A DNA stretch of 63,985 nt, counting the filler, from Octopus bimaculoides (Eukaryota), in assembly GCF_001194135.2 (NCBI RefSeq). It is 10 parts of 6 records of this genome, joined end to end, with 100 filler letters (N's around TTAATTAATTAA, not from the genome) between each part and the next. Parts side by side here need not be neighbours in the genome. Positions count along the whole stretch, not along the records: positions 42,749 to 49,768 come from NC_068984.1; positions 49,869 to 54,619 come from NC_068993.1; positions 54,720 to 58,774 come from NC_068989.1; positions 58,875 to 62,246 come from NC_068983.1; positions 62,347 to 63,985 come from NC_068993.1; 5 more parts are not named here. One strand, given 5' to 3'. Of this stretch, positions 49,421-62,524 are shown one piece after another. The position numbers and the translations under genes were made by a program. The notes below the pieces were generated by a model. The model was not told the origin of the DNA. It saw nothing but the letters and a program-made list of their open reading frames with translations, and made no database searches. Position 1 is the first letter of the stretch, and each line of letters starts with the position of its first letter.

Positions 49421-49768
49421 TGGCCTCCCCTAACGCCTGCACAGGCATCACGCCAATATTTTTACTAAATATTGGGGGCCTGTTGCATAATAATAATAAA
49501 AGCAAAATTTCTTTCCTGAGAGACCTTGCTGCATGCAATCAAGCCCTATGCATAGCACTCGTGGAAACTCACCTCAGCCCTGATATAGAGGATGCAGAAG
49601 TACACGTACCAAAATATGTCATACTGCGAACAGACAGAAGGGAAAGGAGCCATGGTGGAGTTGCTGTATACATCCGTGACGACCTCACACCCCAGGTCTT
49701 ACTGTCATACTCAAATTCGGTATGCGACACCCTAGTTGTATACATAAGACAACATAATATAGTCATAT
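49421..49768 (+). mobile_element. LINE APE endonuclease N-terminal fragment (CR1/L2/Jockey-type), cut by linker
   Basis: LLNIGGL...IALVETHL...Y.ILRTDRRERSHGGVAVYIRDDL; uninterrupted frame. Confidence 0.88.
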
Positions 49769-49868
49769 NNNNNNNNNNNNNNNNNNNNNNNNNNNNNNNN
49801 NNNNNNNNNNNNTTAATTAATTAANNNNNNNNNNNNNNNNNNNNNNNNNNNNNNNNNNNNNNNNNNNN
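49769..49868. other. Assembly linker
   Basis: N44-TTAATTAATTAA-N44. Confidence 0.97.
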
Positions 49869-49913
<45 letters not shown>

Positions 49914-50390
49914 ATTATATGTATGCCTTTTGATATCTGTATCCATATTTAAATCTATAGCACTATCTAAGTATCTCTCTGTCTATGAATATTGGTGTGA
50001 GCTTCTGCCTATATTTTATCTTCTGTGTGTATGTTCCTATGTACGTATACATACATGCGTAGATAGATAGATAGATAGATAGATAGCTACATACATACAT
50101 ACATACATACATACATACATACATACATACATACATACATGCATAGATACGTACATGCGTATAGCTTAGCTGCCTTTCTTGTATACGAGCAAAGCCATTG
50201 CTAGAAAGAGTCACTGAAATTAGTTATTATTGATGCAATGTGAGGCCCTTGTATGACTCTTGAGCCTGGCGAAAGATTTGCACATTCTATTGTATAATGC
50301 ACATATGCATACACACATACATACATACATACACACATACATACGTACATCCATACATACATACATACATACATACATACATACATACAT

Positions 50391-50821
50391 AATGATGGCC
50401 GTCCACTCGTGACTGAGGAAGACCATTGCCGACCTTCTGGAACATTGTGCGCTCTAGGACTAACTTACATTTTGCACTTGCGGCTCCGTTGGTGGCTAAT
50501 GAGCCCTGCTCTTGACAAGCATACACGACTGCAAGCATTGCAGACCAAGCTTTCCCCATTCACTATACGAGCCGTGCGCTTTCGCGCAGCTCGCTTAAGT
50601 TCTTCATGCTGGATACGTGCTCTCTCAAAAGTGTCGATCCCCTCCTTAACCTGCTTCCTCCATCTGTGGCGATGACAGGCATTGTGCTCCCAGTCAGTGT
50701 CCTGCATGTCACAGGCCTTTAATGAGGACTTGACACAGTCCTTAAATCGCAGCCTTGGTTTCTGCCGGAGTCTCCTTCCATTCACAAGTTCTCCATAGAG
50801 CATCTGCTTAGGAATCCTGAC
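50391..50821 (-). mobile_element. RTE-clade LINE 3' end (intact frame, C-terminal C2H2-type finger) within (CATA)n
   Basis: RIPKQMLYGELVNGRR...KPRLRFKDCVK...CNACSRVCLSRAGLISHQRS; short 3' UTR then (ATGT)n. Confidence 0.9.
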
Positions 50822-51486
50822 GTACATACATACATACATACATACATACATACATACATAAATTCCTTAGCAGACAAAATGATGTCTCTTCTGTCATCAA
50901 CCAAAGCAGGCTCAGAAGATGTTACCTTTTTGATGTATAATAAAGCCGGCAGCTATTGTTAGTGAAATGTTGATTTCAAATTTTGGTACAAGGCCAGCAG
51001 TTTCGGGGACGGGTATGTCGATTACATCGACGCTATTGTTCAAATGGTACTAATTTTATCAACCCCAAAAGAATGAAAAGCAGAGTTGACTTCGGCGGAA
51101 TTTGAAAACAGAACGTAAAAACAGACAAAATGCCGCTAAGCATTTTGTCCGGCATGCTAGCGATTTTGCCGGCTCGCCGCCTTATTGTTGGTGCGATATT
51201 AATGCTAATAAACATTAATTTTTTGTCGATATGTAAACACCTTTCAACATATGGCGAATCCATTATGAGGAATATAAACCATTTCAATCAGTTCGAAATT
51301 CTTCAATAAAAACCGATACGATTGTCCGCAAGTATTCAAAAATTCCGGTCTTTTGTTCAAAATTGGGAAAATTCTTAACGAAATGGGATATCCCACCGAG
51401 AAAGAATAGTTACATCTTCTTGTGCCATCAATACAGGAGGTCGAAGGTTCTATAATGACCAATCGATTTTATTATTTTGGAATGTA

Positions 51487-51700
51487 AAGCGGCGAGCTGG
51501 CAGAAGCGTTAGCACGCCAGGTGAAATGCTTACCTTATTTCGTCTGCCGCTGCGATCTAAGTTCAAACTCCGCCAAAGTCGACTTTGCCTTTCAGCCTTT
51601 CGGGGTTGATGAAATAAGTACCAGTTTCGTACTGGGGTCGATGTAATCGACTAGCCCCTTTCCTACCAAAACTTTCAAGGCCTTGTGCCTAGAGTAGAGA
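51487..51700 (+). mobile_element. Type-D SINE
   Basis: Colinear with 43045-43256; an opposite-strand copy lies at ~50975-51185. Confidence 0.85.
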
Positions 51701-52127
51701 TAATTTTTTTGGAATGTATAGAGATGTGAAAATCAGAAGTGTCCTGAGTGTCTGAATGATTGAATGTATACACATGCCAAAATAACTATATTTTAAAGGA
51801 ATTTCCAGTAAGTCGTATATTTTCCCCCACTTTGGTCGATAAACAAATGTTTGAGAAAAGCGCTTACCGATGAGAGGCCGATATTAGGTTTGTTGCAATT
51901 ATGAGGAGTTTTACGAGTTCTCTGTTTGACTGGTTATTGAAGCTGCAAGATTTCTGATACAAGTGTCGCTCATCATAATGTTATTTCTATTAGAGATAAA
52001 ATTATGTCTATGATCTTCGGGGACCGGAAAACATTGGAACGAATTAAATTTAATTATATGGAGATAATTGTGTATATTCCATTTCCTAATTTATATATAT
52101 ATGTATGCGTGTGCGTGTGCCTATACA

Positions 52128-52235
<108 letters not shown>

Positions 52236-53763
52236 CATATATACATAGATATGTATACATATATAGGTAAACAAACAGGGTGTATATTAGGCTACATGGA
52301 TGTATCAAGGGTTGAACAGAAAGAATACAAGGAAAAAAAAGGTAGACGATAGTATACGTTCTCTAGCTTTTTCTCAGTAGCTTAATAATAGCACTGGTGC
52401 CTACAAAATTGAGTGGTCTCAATAATAATGGCGCAAAACCACTCTGATATTTTGGGTCATTGACTCACGAGGAAAACTCAGCTACGAATATTCCGTGTAT
52501 CGTGTAGTTGTCTAAATTTCTTGTCTATTATGCTTTCGTCTAGTTTTCCGTTTGCTCTACTTTAGTCTAAATTTTCTCCTTGTGTTCTTTCTCTTCAACC
52601 CTTAATACATCCATGTAGCGCAACGCACGCCTCCTTTGCTTACTTTTTTGTAAAAAATATTCCTTGAATATTTATTGTCCGACTCTTAACTCTATCTCTA
52701 CTCTTACTCTATCTCCTTCCACCGCTACTCTTACTCTTTCTCTTTCTCCACTCTTACTCTTTCTCTTTCTCCACTCTTACTCTTTCTTTACTCTTACTCT
52801 CTCTTTCCGCCTATGCTTGATTAGTGCTTAATTTTACCGACCCCGAAAAGAGGGAAGGCAAATTTGAATTCAGTGAGATTTGAATTCAGAATGTAAAGAA
52901 GCAGAGAAAATGCCGCTTAGCATTTTGTCCCAGCTGCTAATGATCTTGTCAGCTTGTCGCCTTCATATGAAACATTAAACTTACATAAAAATGTTGCTGT
53001 GGCTGTTTAGCCCGTGGTCAACCTTGCTCGAGTTGACCGCATGATAAAAGCATTTCATTCGTGACCACCCCACCATACTTTGTTTAGTACACAGTACATC
53101 TTAAGCTACACTTTCCAAAATGACTATCTCATATTATAAACATGGTAAGGTACGATAGAAAAGAGATATGGTTGCTATTTCTAGCAGGTCATGCAACCAC
53201 ATAGAGACCCCCTCATTGGTATGAAGAGAAAATGTGTTTACGTTGTGCTTTTTCCTGCAAGGCGGTGCCCAGATCTATACGTTGTTAAAGAAATAAAAAC
53301 TATTTAGCTGGAGGAGAACCATTTTTGGGTGACTAATATGGCTTCATTAATTCACCAGAGTATTTACTTTTAATTATTAATTTAGACGTAGGTAAATTAG
53401 CTCATTAAAAGCATAATAAGAAGCAAAACAGAAGAGAAATACTTATTTAAACATCAGCTAAAAAAATTATCGTTTCAAATGAAATATATGAAAACGATCT
53501 GCCTATAGATCCGACACGTCAAAATTACTTTTATCTTTGGCCAAAACAGTAAAGGTAAATTAAAACAAATAAACAAACAAACAGATAGATAAACAAATAA
53601 GTATAATTGATAAATAAATAAATTAAAAATGGCTGCGTCGTTGAACTATTCGTTTTTAATGAAGAAATTTTCGGAAGTTAAACGTATTTCGTTTATAGGT
53701 TTACTTTTTAAATGTCCCATTGCTAATTCTCTAATTCATACGTAGTGTTTATTATTGCTGTAG

Positions 53764-54082
<319 letters not shown>

Positions 54083-54570
54083 CATATTACAGATCTGTTT
54101 CAGTTAAATTTAATGGCTAAACTATAAACATTGGTTCTCTATAGCGGTAAAGATAGACAACATATGTGCAAATAATATGCATAACAAATCCGCAGGGTTT
54201 TTTTTACATAGTCATCAACCGTTTTAAAGATTTTCATTACAACATAAGGTGTCCCATGACTAATTCACACGAATGTAGATGTAGGCCTGGAATAGGCATG
54301 GAATAAGCGTTCTTCTATATGTATACGTAGATGTGAGATCTATATTAAATATACATTATGTATATGTACATATATGAGTGTGTGTGTATGTGTATATATA
54401 TACACATATATGTACATATATATATATATACACACATATATATATAAACGCATACATGAAAGTGCATCTTCTGTATTAAATATTCATATGTGTATATGTG
54501 TGTGTGTGTGTATGTATGTGTGTATATATTTATGCTTGTCAGCTTATGCATTGTGCTTGTATAAATATAT

Positions 54571-54619
<49 letters not shown>

Positions 54620-54719
54620 NNNNNNNNNNNNNNNNNNNNNNNNNNNNNNNNNNNNNNNNNNNNTTAATTAATTAANNNNNNNNNNNNNNNNNNNNNNNNN
54701 NNNNNNNNNNNNNNNNNNN
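54620..54719. other. Assembly linker
   Basis: N44-TTAATTAATTAA-N44. Confidence 0.97.
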
Positions 54720-55789
54720 TGTGCATATGAATGTGTGTATGTTTGCATGTATGTGTATGTGTGTGCATATGTATGTGTGTATATGTGTATGTATGTGTGC
54801 GTATGCATGTGTGTGTATGTATATGTGTGTACGTATGTGCATTTGTGTGTGCACGTATGTGTATGTATGTGCATATATGTATGTGTATGTATATCTATAT
54901 GTATGTCTATATATGTGTCTGTATGTATGTATAAGGTGTATGTATGTATGCATGTGTATATTATGTATTGCATGTATGTGTGTTTGTATGTGTATATATA
55001 TATGTATGCATGTATACTTGCATGCATGTGTGTATATATATATATATATATACATTTGTATGTCTATACGAACATACGCATTGTACATGCGTGTGTACTG
55101 TTTGTCTCTCTTGAGTGTTACCCCTCCATTCCCCTCCATACTCACACAACCACCCACACCCACACTCATCCAGACCCCTTAAGTTAAATACCCCACCCCA
55201 CCACCAACCCACACCTCTCCCCGCTCAATGTTTACCTCAAAAGGTATTTTGTGCTTCTTGGTGATTTAAGTGCAAAACACACACATTTTCACATGCATAT
55301 ACACACATATAGAAAGTCTAATACATTACACACTCACATACACACTAACCCATTGCTCACTTTCACATCCATTTACATGCATATACACACACACACACAT
55401 GTACGCATGCATACTTTTACTCTGTACACCCACACACTCTCACATATACACACACATACACATGCACACACACACACACACACTCACATATGGCCCACAA
55501 TCATACACTTTACCATACACACACACTGTGGTAGTGATAGTAGTCATGGTAGCAGTAATGGTGGTGGTGGTGGTGGTGGTGGTGGTGGTGGTGGTGGTGG
55601 CGGTGATGACTGTGACAGTAGCTCCATTGGTCCCTAATGCTAGGATCACCACCCCTGCCACTACCACCACCACTACCACCCACATCACCAAATACAAAAC
55701 AGAACCCTTCCCTATTCCTTTAAGAGACAGGCAAGTACGTGAGAAGACCCAACAAGGCAAGTGAGAGCATAATATGTGGCCTCTGCCCG

Positions 55790-56362
55790 AAGTGTAGCCA
55801 GCTCACTTATTCATATCTTTACTTCATTGGACTCTAAACTCTGCTTGCGAAGACCTGTTGAGACAAGTGAATTCGAAATCGAAATCGAACCAAATTCGAC
55901 AACTGGCACCCATGCCAACCTCTCCTTCATTGGACACTAAATTCTGCTTGCGAAGACCTGTTGGGGCAAGTGAAATCGAAATCGTAATTGAGCCATATTC
56001 GATGACTGGCACCTGTGCCAGTGGAGCACTAACAGCACAGTCCGAGCGTGATCATTGCCAGAACAGCTGTCTGGCTTCCGTGCTAGTGGCACATAAATAG
56101 CACCATTTGAGGGTGATTGTTACCAGCATCACCTTACTGGCACTTGTGCTGGTGGCACATAAGAAAATCATTCAAGCGAGGTCGTTGCCAGTGCTACTGG
56201 ACTGGCTCCTGTGCAGGTGGCACGTAAAAAACACCTGCTGGCATGGGTTGGACGGTTCAAATGGGGTCTGGGAAGCCAGGAGGCTGCACCAGGCCCGAAT
56301 CTGATCTGGTAGTGTTTCTACAGTTGGATGCCCTTCCTAATGCCAATCACTCCCAGAGTGTA
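55790..56362. mobile_element. Type-B composite repeat with an internal ~60-bp direct duplication (CTTCATTGGAC.CTAAA.TCTGCTTGCGAAGACCTGTTG) and an orientation switch near 56235
   Basis: Matches reverse complement of ~10050-10278; the tail segment 56235-56362 is on the opposite strand. Confidence 0.7.
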
Positions 56363-56398
56363 GTATATGTATATATATATATATGTGTGTGCGTGTGT

Positions 56399-56431
<33 letters not shown>

Positions 56432-56694
56432 ATTTAATAAACAAAAATATGTATTTATGTGTTACAATTATTTTCATGCACTGAGAGCATGCCAAACAGT
56501 GTTTTTTTAATATCTCTGGCATGCTCTCAGCGCATGAAACTAATAGTAACACATAAATAGGTATATTGTGTTTATTAAATAATATCTATTGCTCACCAGA
56601 CAAAGTACTTTTTTGTTGATCATACTGTCATGGAACAGTACACACACACACATATTTATGTATATTTATGTATATATTTTTTTCTTCTCCGTAG

Positions 56695-56895
56695 CATCAC
56701 AACAATGTTGTTCTGCTGACAAAGCCCCTACACCCAGTTGCCAGGCTCTCTGCCAGAATCTCTACCTCACCAATACCCTGAAAAATCATGACCAATTGCA
56801 AGCCCTTGTGCAACATTGTTCTATAAAGAGTCAAGCCATGGTGCTGTGTGTTCTGGCGCAGGCCAAACCTGCTCACCTACGCAATATCAATCAAT
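56695..56895 (+). CDS. RECK: Internal exon of RECK (reversion-inducing cysteine-rich protein with Kazal motifs), CC3-like domain
   Basis: TTTCTTCTCCGTAG|...|GTAAGT, 201 nt, phase 1-1. Encodes ASQQCCSADKAPTPSCQALCQNLY...QALVQHCSIKSQAMVLCV...LRNINQ with spacing CC-x9-C-x3-C-x21-C-x9-C. As I recall it, human CC3 (GSVCCSYAGHHTNCREYCQAIF...VENYCASISPQLIHCV...MRNPTD) is CC-x8-C-x3-C-x21-C-x9-C. Confidence 0.85.
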
Positions 56896-56967
56896 GTAAG
56901 TCCGGTTCTTCTTTCTAGTTTTGTTATTGTTGTTTTTGTTTATTACCCTTGTCTTTGTGTCTGGTGT

Positions 56968-57170
56968 CCTGGCAGAATGGTTAGCATGCAGACTGAAATG
57001 CTTAGCGGTATTTCGCCCGTCACACAACATTCTGAGTTCAAATTCCACCGAGGTCAACTTTGTCTTTCATCCTTTCGGGGTCGATAAATTAAGTAGCAGT
57101 GAAGCACTGGGGCTGATGTAATCGACTAGACCCCTCCACGCAAATTTCAGGCCTTGTGCCTATAGTAAGA
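56968..57170 (+). mobile_element. Type-D SINE
   Basis: Colinear with 43045-43256. Confidence 0.85.
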
Positions 57171-57316
57171 GATTATACCTGTAAAAAGAAGGTATAAAGG
57201 GAGAAAGGCTCTCACCCTGTTGCCCCAGCACCTGTGGTTTTTATGGGGTTTTTCCATGAGTAACCTTCAAAGTGCTTCCTTCTATTGGGAGTTTTTACTT
57301 GTCATTATTATTATTA

Positions 57317-57371
<55 letters not shown>

Positions 57372-57374
<3 letters not shown>

Positions 57375-57695
57375 TCGTTTAATGTCCACTTTCCATGCTG
57401 GCATGGGTTGGATGGTTTGACTGAGGACTGGTGAGCCAGTGGTTGCACCAGGCTCCAATCTGATCTGGCAGAGTTTCTACAGCTGGATGCCCTTCCTAAT
57501 GCCAACCACTCCGACAGTGTAGTGGGTGCTTTTATGTGACACCGGCACGAGGGCCAACCAGGCAGTTCTCGCAACAACCACGCTCAAATGGTGTTTTTAC
57601 GTGCTACCTGTATGGGAGCCAATCCGGCGGCACTCTCAACGACCATGCTCGAATGTTGTTTTTCACGTGCCGCCGGCACATGTGCCAATAAGGCG
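57372..57695 (-). mobile_element. Type-B SINE abutting an (ATT)n tract
   Basis: Reverse complement of 560-743 plus diverged units. Confidence 0.82.
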
Positions 57696-58288
57696 ACACT
57701 GTATGATTATTATTTAAGGTGGTGAACTGGCAGAATCATTAGCACGCCAGACAAAATGCCTAGTGGTATTTCATCTGCTGCTACATTCTGAGTTCAAATT
57801 CCCATGAGGTCAACTTTGCCTTTCATCCTTTCGGGGTCGATAAATTAAGTACCCACCTGCCCTTAAGCTGCCCCTGTGGAAAAAATTTGAAATTATTATT
57901 ATTATTATTTTATTATTATGTACCAGTGTTTCCATGTATTTGTATGTATGAAATACAAGAAATAGAATCAAAAAGAGAACTCAAAACTTGCTGAAGAGTA
58001 AAAAAAAAACATCTTTCTTTATTGGTGAATATTCACTCCATAACATGACTGTTAATGGTTTCATTCTTCCATGAATCTCTGGGTAATGGGGTTATATGTC
58101 CCATCGCAATATTGATTGTTCATAGCATAATTCATGAGAAGGGGTGACTGTATATTAATACCTAACATTAAGAAACACAGAGGGGTAAAAGAATACATGT
58201 ACTTATACGTATATCACGTGTGCATATGTATATGTTTGTATGTGTGTGTGTTTATATGTGTGCATGTGTGTGTGTATGTGTATATGTA

Positions 58289-58364
<76 letters not shown>

Positions 58365-58709
58365 CATATACATGAATGTATATATATATGTATATATGTA
58401 TATATATATCATTTAATGTACAGATAATGTTTATTTCCAACGATTAATACCATCTTGAGTTCTTTATTTGTGAATGGTTATTAACTAAAAACTTGTCCCT
58501 CACACATGCACACACACACACACACATACATGTAATACACATATAGGTGCATGTACATACACACATACATGTGTAAATAGATGTATGTATAAATGGCAAT
58601 ATTTTTATCCATTAACACGAAACATGTGGTTGAATTTCCATTAGTAATTGATGTTTACAAATCTCAAGCATTTAAGACCTGTGTCTCCATGCGTACGTTT
58701 ATGTGTCTG

Positions 58710-58774
<65 letters not shown>

Positions 58775-58874
58775 NNNNNNNNNNNNNNNNNNNNNNNNNN
58801 NNNNNNNNNNNNNNNNNNTTAATTAATTAANNNNNNNNNNNNNNNNNNNNNNNNNNNNNNNNNNNNNNNNNNNN
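58775..58874. other. Assembly linker
   Basis: N44-TTAATTAATTAA-N44. Confidence 0.97.
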
Positions 58875-59255
58875 TCTGTAATTATTTGTATCTAAAGCGT
58901 CACCTTTACCTTTGTAGCAGTTGACTATGATGCTGCTACACCAGTCATTGGGTATGACTCCTTCGTGTATCACCTGGTTCGTAATATGGGTGACTAGGCT
59001 ATAGCCAACACTGCCAGATATTTTGAGCATCTCTGCAGTGATTCCTGATGGGCCGGGGGCTTTCCCGGTCTTCATACTCTTAATTGCTTTATCTACCCTG
59101 GTACTATCAACTCGGATAGCTGGTCCCTCTATTGGGTTGACATACGGCAGGCTCTCTTCCTCCCATTCATTCTCTTTATTAAGCAATCTATTGTAGTGGC
59201 ATCTCCAGACCTCTTTCTTTGCATCCTCATTTAGTGCAAAGAAAGAGGTCTGGAG

Positions 59256-59257
<2 letters not shown>
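58875..59257 (-). mobile_element. RTE-clade LINE fragment (pre-RT region), 5'-truncated with terminal fold-back
   Basis: ALNEDAKKEVWRCHYNRLLN...KTGKAPGPSGITAEMLK...IPNDWCSSIIVNCYKGKGDALDTNNYR. Confidence 0.92.
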
Positions 59258-59289
<32 letters not shown>

Positions 59290-59297
59290 ATATGTTT

Positions 59298-59498
59298 TTG
59301 TGTTTTTCCCTCCAACATTGTTTGACAACCGATGGTGGTGTGTTTATGTCCCCGTAACTTAGCGGTTCGGCAAAAGAGACCAATAGAATAAGTACTAGGC
59401 TTACGAAGAATAAGTCCTGGGGTTGATTTGCTCGACTAAAGGTGGTGCTCCAGTATGGCCGCAGTTAATTGACTGAAACAAGCAAAAGAGTAAAGAGA
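59298..59498 (+). mobile_element. Type-A SINE 3' half
   Basis: TTTGACAACCGATGGTGGTGTG...GAAACAAGCAAAAGAG. Confidence 0.85.
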
Positions 59499-59955
59499 GC
59501 GTGTAAAGAAACTTACAACACTACACTCGCGCTACTAATTCCATAGTTTTATTTGCCAAGTTGCAAGGAATATATTCTAAATTTTCTGGTTGTGTTACAT
59601 AAAAGAGGATGATGCCTCATCTAATTTTGGGGAGAAATTTTTCTCTGATTTTTGAAATGCTAGTGACTTTGTAGCTAAGGACCTGGTGCTTTTTGAGTCT
59701 TTGTCGTTTGTATTTTTTCTTTCGTTTTTATGTCAAATCAAACAAGAAAATGGAAGAACTTGTTGAAAACAAAGCTAAAACACAATTTAGCATAGTGTCT
59801 GGTGACAGATATATAGTTACAGACCAATCTAATTGCTGCATTAAGTTACTCATATTACTTGGTCTCGGATGAGGCTATTGTAGAAATTTTGAAGCTCTTC
59901 TGGGGAGTAGTCATTGCACAGTATTCAGATTTTTAGTCAGTATAAGAATATGATT

Positions 59956-60280
59956 GTGGAGGCGCAATTGCCCAGTGGTTAGGGCAGCGGACTCGCGGTC
60001 GGAGGATCGCGGTTTTGATTCCCAGACCAGGCATTGTGAGTGTTTATTGAGCGAAATCACCTAAAGCTCCACAAGGCTCCGGCAGAGGGTGGTGGCGACC
60101 CCTGTTGTACTCTTTCGTCCCAACTTTCTCTCACTCTTTCTTCTTGTTTCTTAAGTAATGCTGCGATGGACTGGCGTCCCATCCAGCTGGCGGCGGGGGG
60201 AACACATATGCCATAGAAACCGGGAATCTGGGCCCATGAGCCTGGCTAGGCTTTGAAAGGGCGAAAAGAAAAATAAAGAA
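59956..60280 (+). mobile_element. Type-C SINE with 14-bp TSD ATAAGAATATGATT, followed by a repeat of its own head
   Basis: TSD 59942-59955 and 60281-60294; 60281-60320 duplicates 59942-59981. Confidence 0.88.
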
Positions 60281-61052
60281 ATAAGAATATGATTGTGGAG
60301 GCGCAATTGCCCAGTGGTTANNNNNNNNNNNNNNNNNNNNNNNNNNNNNNNNNNNNNNNNNNNNNNNNNNNNNNNNNNNNNNNNNNNNNNNNNNNNNNNN
60401 NNNNNNNNNNNNNNNNNNNNNNNNNNNNNNNNNNNNNNNNNNNNNNNNNNNNNNNNNNNNNNNNNNNNNNNNNNNNNNNNNNNNNNNNNNNNNNNNNNNN
60501 NNNNNNNNNNNNNNNNNNNNNNNNNNNNNNNNNNNNNNNNNNNNNNNNNNNNNNNNNNNNNNNNNNNNNNNNNNNNNNNNNNNNNNNNNNNNNNNNNNNN
60601 NNNNNNNNNNNNNNNNNNNNNNNNNNNNNNNNNNNNNNNNNNNNNNNNNNNNNNNNNNNNNNNNNNNNNNNNNNNNNNNNNNNNNNNNNNNNNNNNNNNN
60701 NNNNNNNNNNNNNNNNNNNNNNNNNNNNNNNNNNNNNNNNNNNNNNNNNNNNNNNNNNNNNNNNNNNNNNNNNNNNNNNNNNNNNNNNNNNNNNNNNNNN
60801 NNNNNNNNNNNNNNNNNNNNNNNNNNNNNNNNNNNNNNNNNNNNNNNNNNNNNNNNNNNNNNNNNNNNNNNNNNNNNNNNNNNNNNNNNNNNNNNNNNNN
60901 NNNNNNNNNNNNNNNNNNNNNNNNNNNNNNNNNNNNNNNNNNNNNNNNNNNNNNNNNNNNNNNNNNNNNNNNNNNNNNNNNNNNNNNNNNNNNNNNNNNN
61001 NNNNNNNNNNNNNNNNNNNNNNNNNNNNNNNNNNNNNNNNNNNNNNNNNNNN

Positions 61053-61377
61053 GTGTCACCCTCACAAGAGCCAGTTCAGGGGCACCGGTAACGATCTCGC
61101 TCGAAAGGTTTCATGTGTCGCCCGCACATAAGCCACTCCAGGGGACACCTGCAAAGATCTCACCCTCACAAGAGCCAGTCCAGGGGCACTGGCAACGATC
61201 TCGCTCAAAAATCCAACGAAGGCCAGCCAGGCGGCACTGGCAACGGTCACGCCCAAAATGGTGTATTTCATGTGTCACCCGCACATGAGCCAGTCCAGGG
61301 GCACTGGCAACGATCTCGCTCAAAAGATTTCATGTTTCGCCTGCACATGAGCCAGTCCAGGGGCACCGGCAACGATT
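61053..61377 (-). repeat. Tandem ~55-61-bp units of the type-B family
   Basis: Reverse complement of the 250-560 units. Confidence 0.85.
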
Positions 61378-61910
61378 AAAATTTTGTGTCGAAATTAATA
61401 TGATTAAGCTGTAGAAAATCACAGAACTTTCTATTCAAATTCTTTTATCGTGCCCGCAGCACCTGATAGAATCATAGCAGCACCATCATCACATATGGCA
61501 TGTCTTGTGTACCTTCTGATAAATGGTATCCTTAAGAAAAGATGATCAAATATCAACACCTCACATTTGTAGATCTTCTGCAATATACAATTTTTGTTAA
61601 TTCTGTATTATGTTAAGACATTATATTCCACTGAATTTAGGTAAATAATCCTTCGTACAGACGGTCAGTAGCAACACCTGCTTGGTTCGGCTGCTCTATA
61701 TTGACAAGGGGCAATATCCTAAAACTAGTCTGTAGATGCCAGACCAGCAAGGGGAAGCGGCTGACCTCCCCTGTTCGAAGGTTATAATAGGTTCGTGTGT
61801 CACATAGCGAGCTAGAGGCGATGGCCTCTTGGAGCTAATCAACGGCAGCGTTCATCCTATCTTTTGGGACTGCCATGTTGGCTTGGTGATAACTATTAAC
61901 TACTATATGC

Positions 61911-62091
61911 ATAGGAGTAGCTGTGTGGTAAGTAGCTTGCTTACGAACCACATGGTTCCGGGTTCAGTCCCACTGCGTAGCACCTTGGGCAAGTGTCTTC
62001 CACTATAGCCTCGGGCCGACCAAAGCCTTGTGAGTGGATTTGGTAGACGGAAACTGAAAGAAGCCCATCGTATATATGTGTATATATATAT

Positions 62092-62138
<47 letters not shown>

Positions 62139-62246
62139 GTATGTATGTGTGTTTGTGTTTGTCCCCCCACCATCGCTTGACAACCGATGCTGGTGTGTTT
62201 ATGTCCCTGTAACCTAGCGGTTCGGCAAAAAGAGACCGATAGAATA
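61911..62246 (+). mobile_element. Type-A SINE, cut by linker
   Basis: Near consensus. Confidence 0.9.
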
Positions 62247-62346
62247 NNNNNNNNNNNNNNNNNNNNNNNNNNNNNNNNNNNNNNNNNNNNTTAATTAATT
62301 AANNNNNNNNNNNNNNNNNNNNNNNNNNNNNNNNNNNNNNNNNNNN
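62247..62346. other. Assembly linker
   Basis: N44-TTAATTAATTAA-N44. Confidence 0.97.
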
Positions 62347-62466
62347 GGAGAGAGCGTGTCTCCCTGGAATATTCCTCTTCTAATGGGGATGGCTTTCGTT
62401 TTCACAAGTCCCTCTTTTGTTTTGAGCTGTAGCACTGTCTGCCATTTGTTCATTGAGTGCCTTATG

Positions 62467-62469
<3 letters not shown>
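62347..62469 (-). mobile_element. R4/Dong-like LINE RT fragment; 5' end joined to (AAT)n
   Basis: HSMNKWQTVLQL...AIPIRRGIFQGDTLS (non-LTR RT QGD motif). Confidence 0.8.
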
Positions 62470-62522
<53 letters not shown>

Positions 62523-62524
62523 CA

